This document shows positions 58,341 to 64,000 of a DNA stretch of 64,000 nucleotides, one piece after another. The notes under the pieces were generated by a model that was not told where the DNA came from, did no database searches, and saw only the letters and a program-made list of their open reading frames with translations. Within the stretch, counting starts at the first letter, position 1, and every line of letters starts with the position of its first letter. A program made the position numbers and the translations under genes. Location: NCBI GenBank assembly GCA_947581645.1, contig CANPVF010000159.1, positions 2,904-66,903 of the forward strand. Reading direction: 5' to 3'. This stretch comes from Candidatus Caribbeanibacter nitroreducens. Its GTDB lineage: Bacteria > Gemmatimonadota > Gemmatimonadetes > Palauibacterales > Palauibacteraceae.

Positions 58341-60188
58341 TCACACCCCCCAGAGCAGAGCCACGACGGTCGGCGTGACCACCGCCAGCAGGAGCTGCAG
58401 GGGCGCCCCGACGCGCCAGAAGTCGGCGAAGCGATAGCCGCCCGGCGTGAAGACCATGAGGTTGGTCTGGTAGCCCACCGGGCTGAGAAACGCCGTGTTG
58501 GCGGCGAACATCACCACCAGGAGAAACGCGAAGGGATCGGCGCCGATGCGGGCCGCCGCCTCCACCGCCACCGGCGCCATGAGCACCAGGCTGGCGGTCC
58601 CCGTGATGACGTTGGTCAGGAGGGAGGTCAGGAGGTAGAACAGGGCCAGCGTCCCCACCGCCGGGAGCACCTCGGCCCGTGCCATGACGGCCCGGGCCAG
58701 GAAGTCGGCGGCCCCCGTCCGGTCCATGGCCACGCCCAGGGGGATGATGCCCGCCAGCAGCAGGACCACGTTCCAGTTCACCGCCTCGTACGCCTCGGTC
58801 GTCCGCAGGCAACCGGTGGCGACCATGAGCACCACCCCGCCCAGCGCCGCCACGTAGATGGGGAGCAGCCCGGCCGCCGCCGTGCCCACCACCGCCAGCA
58901 GGATCCCGGCGGCCACCGGCGTCTTCTCCCGCCGTAGCACCTCCCCCGCCTCGCCGCCCTCGCGCTCCGCGTCGCCCCGTTCCGTCTCGGCCGGAGTGGT
59001 GCCCGTCAGCACCAGGTCCGGCTCCTTCACCGCCGCCCGGAGCCGCTCCCGACTGGCCAGAAGGAGGAGGGAATCCCCCTCCCGGAGCACCTGGTGCTCC
59101 ACCCGGTCCCGGACCAGCTCGTCGCCGCGCCGGACGGCCAGGACGGTGCCGCCGAAGCGGTTCCGGAAGTCCGCGGTCACCAGCGTCTCTCCGTCCAGGG
59201 CGGAGCCCGGGGCCAGCGTCACCTCGGCCAGGGTGTGCTCCTCGTCGACGAAGGCGTCGTCGCCCGGCGGGATCGCGTCCACGGCCTCGAGCGCGTAGCG
59301 GCGGGAGAAGCGCTCCAGGGTGGCCTTCGCCGCACGGACGGTGAGAACGTCGCCGGCCTCGACGGTCTGGTCCGTCGTGGGGCCCAGGTAGACGCGGTCC
59401 CCCCGTACGATCTGCAGGACGTCCAGGTCGAAGCTCTCCGCGCGCTGACTCTCCCGGAGCTCCCGCCCCACCAGGGTCGACCCCTCGGGCACGCGTACCC
59501 GCCCCAGGTAGGCCCCCATCCGATACTTGTCCGAGAAGTCCGCCTCCGGGTGCACCCGCTCCGGAATGAGCCGCCGCCCCGCCGTGAACAGGTAGCCGAC
59601 CCCCGTGGCGAAGATGACGGCACCGGCCGCGGTGAACTCGAACATGGAGACGGGATGGCCGATCAGGCGGAGCGAGAGATCGGCGGCCAGGATGTTGGCG
59701 GAGGTCCCGATGAGCGTCAGCGTGCCGCCCAGCATGGAGGCGAAGGAGAGGGGGATCAGCAGCTTCGAGGGCGAGCTGCGCGTGCGCTTCGCCAGCCGCA
59801 CGACCATGGGGATCAGCACCGCCACGAGGGGGGTGTTGTTCACGAGCCCCGCCGCCGGGCCTCCGAGGCCGATCGTCGCCGCCAGCCTCCGTCCCTCGCT
59901 CTCCCTGGTGAACGGCAGGAGGCGGTCGCCGAGCCGATGCACGATTCCCGTTCGCCGCACCCCCTCGCTCAGGATGAACATGGCCAGCACGGTGACCGTG
60001 GCCGGGCTCGAGAACCCCGCGATGGCGTCCGTGGGCGTCACGGCGGTCCACGGCGAGAGGACCGCCAGGAGCACCGCCACGGCCAGGGCCGTGATCTCCA
60101 CCGGGACCCATCCAGTGGCGAAGCTCACCGCCGCCGCCCCCATCAGGACGAAGACGACGGCCATCCCGGCTGTGAACTCGACGCCCAT
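58341..60188 (-). CDS. SLC13/DASS family permease with two TrkA-C domains
   Basis: NNTPLVA, LGGTLTLIGTSAN and SPVGYQTN motifs; central RCK_C repeats. Confidence 0.9.
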   Translation of the reverse strand: MGVEFTAGMAVVFVLMGAAAVSFATGWVPVEITALAVAVLLAVLSPWTAVTPTDAIAGFSSPATVTVLAMFILSEGVRRTGIVHRLGDRLLPFTRESEGRRLAATIGLGGPAAGLVNNTPLVAVLIPMVVRLAKRTRSSPSKLLIPLSFASMLGGTLTLIGTSANILAADLSLRLIGHPVSMFEFTAAGAVIFATGVGYLFTAGRRLIPERVHPEADFSDKYRMGAYLGRVRVPEGSTLVGRELRESQRAESFDLDVLQIVRGDRVYLGPTTDQTVEAGDVLTVRAAKATLERFSRRYALEAVDAIPPGDDAFVDEEHTLAEVTLAPGSALDGETLVTADFRNRFGGTVLAVRRGDELVRDRVEHQVLREGDSLLLLASRERLRAAVKEPDLVLTGTTPAETERGDAEREGGEAGEVLRREKTPVAAGILLAVVGTAAAGLLPIYVAALGGVVLMVATGCLRTTEAYEAVNWNVVLLLAGIIPLGVAMDRTGAADFLARAVMARAEVLPAVGTLALFYLLTSLLTNVITGTASLVLMAPVAVEAAARIGADPFAFLLVVMFAANTAFLSPVGYQTNLMVFTPGGYRFADFWRVGAPLQLLLAVVTPTVVALLWGV

Positions 60189-60456
60189 GAGCGTTCCGTC
60201 TCCCTTCCTGGCCCGGTGGACCCGCCGGAGGTCCCCACTCGCCGTACGTGACCGACGTCACGGCCAACAAGGTGTGGGGGAGGTGCGCCGGCGGGCGAGG
60301 TCCGGCGCCGCGACGAGCGGGCGGCCGAGAACATGGACCACAGCGGCCGCGGTTCACCTATCACTGGATGGACCGAGGAACGGGACGCCGGGCGTCGGAA
60401 GTCCGCCGGTCCGCGGCGGCCGGCCGGAAAGGCGCCACGGGAGCCACGAACAGGGG

Positions 60457-60690
60457 GTGAGGACGCTGGATCACGAGGACGACGAGCCGGAGCGGGGACG
60501 CGACGGGCAGGAGGCACGGGCCACGATCTACCCGGACACCCTGGCAGCCCTGGCGACGGGCCTCGAGGCCTGTCGCCTGGTGGCCGACGGCGACACGGTG
60601 GAGGCCGGCGACCGCGACCGCTTCGTCAAGGCCAGAACGGACTTACGGGTGCTCAGGAAAGAGCTGGAGCGGCAACTCGACGGCAAGTGA
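60457..60690 (+). CDS. Small hypothetical protein (start uncertain)
   Basis: End of the 59605 frame; helical sequence IYPDTLAALATGLEACRLV...KELERQLDGK. Confidence 0.45.
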   Translation: MRTLDHEDDEPERGRDGQEARATIYPDTLAALATGLEACRLVADGDTVEAGDRDRFVKARTDLRVLRKELERQLDGK

Positions 60691-60723
60691 ATTGCGTCGC
60701 CCCATCCACCTCGTGAAGGGACC

Positions 60724-60750
60724 TTTTTACGGGTTTCGTACGTAGTAGAA
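60724..60750. promoter_or_regulatory. Candidate autoregulatory operator/promoter of the BlaI-family gene
   Basis: AT-rich TTTTTACGGGTTTCGTACGTAGTAGAA with TACG-N5-CGTA, loosely like BlaI/CopY TACA-N-TGTA boxes. Confidence 0.35.
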
Positions 60751-60816
60751 CCTCTCGCGGAGTGCACCCGGAACGCAGAGTCGGACCTCGACAGGCGATT
60801 CGCCAGGAGGATTCTG

Positions 60817-61197
60817 TTGGACATTCAGTTCACCGACCGTCAGCTGGACATCATGAACATCCTCTGGGACCGGGGCTCCTCCACGGTCCGGGAGGCGAAG
60901 GAGGAGATCGAGGAGGACCTTGCCTACACCAGCGTGCTCACGGTCTTCCAGACGCTGGAGGAGAAGGGACACGTTCGCCACGAGCGCGAGGGGAAGGCCT
61001 ATCGCTACTATCCCACCGTCGCCCGTGACGAGGCGGGCAGGAGCGCCGTCGGCTACATCCTCGACCGGATCTTCCGAAACTCCCCCAGCGCCCTGCTCAC
61101 CTCCCTGGTCGAGCACAAGGACATCTCGGAGGAGGAGGCCCGCGAGCTCAGCGCGCTGCTGGAGGGAGAGCGGGGCACCGAGACGGCCGTGAGTTGA
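60817..61197 (+). CDS. BlaI/MecI/CopY family transcriptional repressor
   Basis: QLDIMNILW, LAYTSVLT, LEEKG and GKAYRY motifs; AGGAGG RBS, TTG start. Confidence 0.92.
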   Translation: MDIQFTDRQLDIMNILWDRGSSTVREAKEEIEEDLAYTSVLTVFQTLEEKGHVRHEREGKAYRYYPTVARDEAGRSAVGYILDRIFRNSPSALLTSLVEHKDISEEEARELSALLEGERGTETAVS

Positions 61198-63101
61198 TCC
61201 CGCACGCCACCGACCCCACTGCACCGGTGCCCTCGCTCCCGGGCACCGCTTCGGCCGTCGCCCTGGCCGGCCTCCTCCTGGCCGGGTGCGGCGGGGGAGA
61301 CATCACCAGTCCCTCGGACTGCGACGTCGGGGACCTCCTGCAGCCCGCGGTCGGGGAGCTCCAGGCGATCGGCCCGGACAGCGACGGCTGCCTCGCCTTC
61401 CGGCTCGCCGGAGCGGGCGGCCCCGCCGAGTACGTCGTCATGGCACAGGAGACCAGTCGGAGCACGGGCTTCACGCCGCTCCGCCTACAGGTCGAGGGCG
61501 GCTCCGGTGCCTCCGGAGCCCTGGCGCCCGCTCTCGCCCAGCGGGTCTCGGCCAGCGGGGCCCTGGCCTCGGCACGGAGCCGGATCCGGGGCGGGGAGCT
61601 GGCGCGCCGAATTCGGGAGAACGCCCTCCGCGAGCTGGAGCGGCGCCACGCCCGTCCCGCCGTCCGGGCCTCGCGGTCCGGCCGACCCGGTGTGAGCCGC
61701 AACTCCCTGCTCCCCGACGGCGAGGCGCCGCAGGTGGGGGACGAGCTGAAGGTCCGACTCACCGTCCAGTCCGACCTCTCGGTGAGCTGCGACACGATGG
61801 AGGCGGACACGGTCACGGCCGAGGTCCAGTCGGTGGGCGACGAAGTGGCCATCGTGGCCGACACGGCCATCGCCGACGACGCCGCCTCGCAGATCGACTG
61901 GAGCGGGCTGGCCGACGAGTACGACCGGTCGGTCCTCGGCGTGCCGGAGGCCTACTTCGGGCAGGCCACGGACATCGACGACAACGGCAAGGTCCTGGTC
62001 CTGTTCACCCCCGAGGTGAACAAGCTCACCGACCGGGGATCGGACGTCCGCATCGGCGGCTTCTTCGTCCCGGCGGACCTGGCGGACTCCGGCGACCCGG
62101 GCAAGGACGGGAGCACCACGGACGGCATCTGCCCGGCCGGCAACGAGGCCGAGATCGTGTATCTGCTGGCCCCCGACCCCACCGCCGAGTTCAGCGACAG
62201 CGTGTCGGTCGAGGGGGCCCTGCGCACCGGCATCGGCGCCAGCCCCGGGGAGTTCGAGCACCTGATCAACACCGGGAACCGCGTCATCAAGCAGGGCGGG
62301 AGCTTCGGCCAGCTCGAGACGACCTGGCTGGACGAGGGGCTCTCCCACATCGCCGAGGAGGTCGTGGGCCTGAAGCGCGCCGGGCTCCCCGTGCGGGGCA
62401 ATCTGGACCTTAAGAACGATTTTTTGACAGATTCTGTCCGTGTTGAAGCCTTCAACAACTTCCATCTGCAGAACTTCCTCCGGCTCCGCCGGTTCCTGAT
62501 CAACCCGGACAGCACCCGCGCCCTGGCCTCCGAGGACCCCGGCGGCGCGGAATCGCTGGAGATGCGCGGCTTCTCGTATCTCTTCCTGCGCTGGCTCGGC
62601 GACCACTACGGTCCCTCGGGCAGCGGGGACGTGGACGGGAGCAACGAGCAGCAGCTCTTCCGCACGCTGGCCCGGGGCAGCGGGAGCCTGGCCACCGGCA
62701 TCGCCAACATCGAGACGGCGGTGCAGCAGGTCGCCGGGAGCGACGTCTCCTGGAACGGCCTGCTCCGCGAGTTCGCCGCCATGCCGGCGGCGGACGACAC
62801 CGTCCCCAACACCGCCGACCGGCTGCAGCTGCGGACCTGGAACCTGCCGGTGACCTTCCGGCAGCTCCACGAGAACGAGGGCGCGGGCGACGCCTTCCCG
62901 GAGGTCTATCCCCTGGAGGTCAGCGACCTGGGCTCCCCGGAGCGGACCACGGTCAGCCTGGAGGTCCGGGGAGCGGCGGCCCGGTACTTCCGTGTCTCCG
63001 CCCCGTCCGGCAACGACCTCACGGTGCGCCTGACGGGCCCCGGCAACACGCTCCTCGATTCCCCGTCCTCCAGCCGTCTGCTCGTCCTCCGGACGCAGTG
63101 A
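61194..63101 (+). CDS. Lipoprotein with a gluzincin/M30-like domain and altered HExxH
   Basis: Lipobox LAGC; TDIDDNGKVLVLFT, GGFF...DL, NEAEIVY, GEFEHLIN and WLDEGLSHIAEE. Confidence 0.7.
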   Translation: MIPHATDPTAPVPSLPGTASAVALAGLLLAGCGGGDITSPSDCDVGDLLQPAVGELQAIGPDSDGCLAFRLAGAGGPAEYVVMAQETSRSTGFTPLRLQVEGGSGASGALAPALAQRVSASGALASARSRIRGGELARRIRENALRELERRHARPAVRASRSGRPGVSRNSLLPDGEAPQVGDELKVRLTVQSDLSVSCDTMEADTVTAEVQSVGDEVAIVADTAIADDAASQIDWSGLADEYDRSVLGVPEAYFGQATDIDDNGKVLVLFTPEVNKLTDRGSDVRIGGFFVPADLADSGDPGKDGSTTDGICPAGNEAEIVYLLAPDPTAEFSDSVSVEGALRTGIGASPGEFEHLINTGNRVIKQGGSFGQLETTWLDEGLSHIAEEVVGLKRAGLPVRGNLDLKNDFLTDSVRVEAFNNFHLQNFLRLRRFLINPDSTRALASEDPGGAESLEMRGFSYLFLRWLGDHYGPSGSGDVDGSNEQQLFRTLARGSGSLATGIANIETAVQQVAGSDVSWNGLLREFAAMPAADDTVPNTADRLQLRTWNLPVTFRQLHENEGAGDAFPEVYPLEVSDLGSPERTTVSLEVRGAAARYFRVSAPSGNDLTVRLTGPGNTLLDSPSSSRLLVLRTQ

Positions 63102-63119
63102 CGTGACGGATCGGCCCGG

Positions 63120-63803
63120 GTGAGCGAAGGGGACTTCTGGAGCCAGCCGGAGCAGGTCGAACGGTTCGCCGAGCGCGACCCCGACCACCGGCTCCGGCGG
63201 CTCGTCGACGAGGGAGCCGTGGACGCCGACTCCGGGGACCGCGTCCTGGATCTGGGATGCGCCGGTGGACGGAACGCCGTCTTCCTGGCGCGACGGGGAT
63301 TCGACGTCCTCGCCCTCGACACCTCCCCGGCGATGGTGGAGGAGACCCGGCGCCGGATGTCGGAGGTCGTCGGGACGGAGGAGGCGCGCCGACGGGTGCA
63401 GCAGGGCCGGATGCAGGACCTGGCCCGCTTCGACGCCGACTCCTTCGCCCTGGTCGTCGCCCTGGGGGTCTACCACCACGCCGGCGACATGGCCGATCTC
63501 CGCCGTGCCCTGTCCGAGTCCTCCCGCGTCCTCGAACCCGGCGGGCTGCTGCTCTCCGCCACCTTCAGCCCCCGCTCCTCGCCCGGCCGAGAGGGGCTGA
63601 GCCCCGTGGAGGGGCACGACCACCTGTGGCGCGGCTTCTCCTCCGGTCCCCTCCTGCTCCTGGATGCAGACGGCCTGGACCGCGAGGCGGCCCGACACGG
63701 CCTGGTGCCGGACCGGGCGACGGAGACCGTGGAGGCCGAACACGACGGCGGAACGCGGGTTACCGTCAACGCCCTGTACAGGAAGGTCGCCGGCCGGTCC
63801 TGA
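63120..63803 (+). CDS. Class I SAM-dependent methyltransferase
   Basis: VLDLGCAGGRN, LDTS and RVLEPGG motifs. Confidence 0.9.
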   Translation: MSEGDFWSQPEQVERFAERDPDHRLRRLVDEGAVDADSGDRVLDLGCAGGRNAVFLARRGFDVLALDTSPAMVEETRRRMSEVVGTEEARRRVQQGRMQDLARFDADSFALVVALGVYHHAGDMADLRRALSESSRVLEPGGLLLSATFSPRSSPGREGLSPVEGHDHLWRGFSSGPLLLLDADGLDREAARHGLVPDRATETVEAEHDGGTRVTVNALYRKVAGRS

Positions 63804-63817
63804 GCGTAATCGGGCAG

Positions 63818-63834
63818 GTGGGGAGATTCCCCAC
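63818..63834. promoter_or_regulatory. 17-bp palindromic site, probably upstream of a gene beyond the window
   Basis: GTGGGGAGATTCCCCAC. Confidence 0.5.
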
Positions 63835-64000
63835 GAGCCGGTCGGGGTACGCCCGACCGCGCCCGTCGGATCGTTCCCGACTGACGGCCCGTCTCCCCCG
63901 GGTCAGCTTACCACTGCTCGGATCGATTCGACGCGCGCCGGCCACCCGGCCGACGTCACCACGCCGCACAAGCGCGCAGCACGACCAGAGGAGAGATCGC

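Noticed and set aside
1..64000. CRISPR arrays, tRNA/rRNA, integrases, transposases, defence systems
   Set aside because: No regularly spaced repeats or recognisable genes were seen; the 17-bp palindromes are dispersed rather than arrayed.

Overview
Very GC-rich bacterial DNA; the gene content looks Gemmatimonadota-like (inference). No rRNA, tRNA, CRISPR array or mobile element was recognised. Bases 1-15.9 kb are mostly housekeeping genes (DHH and PHP phosphoesterases, NSS transporter with a small partner, coaE, iscA-like, trxB, DtxR/MntR regulator, M42 peptidase, AsmA). Bases 15.9-22.3 kb hold a TolC-MFP-RND-PII-like-DUF2892 efflux operon. Bases 24-53.5 kb form an energy island: a NapC-like multiheme cytochrome, menA, a membrane-bound group 1 [NiFe] hydrogenase with hypABCDE (no hypF here), a divergent porin and multiheme cytochrome operon, and a full V/A-type ATPase operon. 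The top finding is a formyltransferase gene and a crotonase-fold gene, translationally coupled right after hypE, that reproduce the two domains of the CO-synthesising maturase HypX as separate proteins. Also notable are a candidate H2-to-extracellular-acceptor electron path (41 CxxCH plus 4 CX4CH motifs), a HypA lacking its zinc domain, and a recurring 17-bp palindrome upstream of the energy operons. All calls come from reading motifs by eye; no searches were run, and start codons were chosen from RBS or stop/start overlaps.
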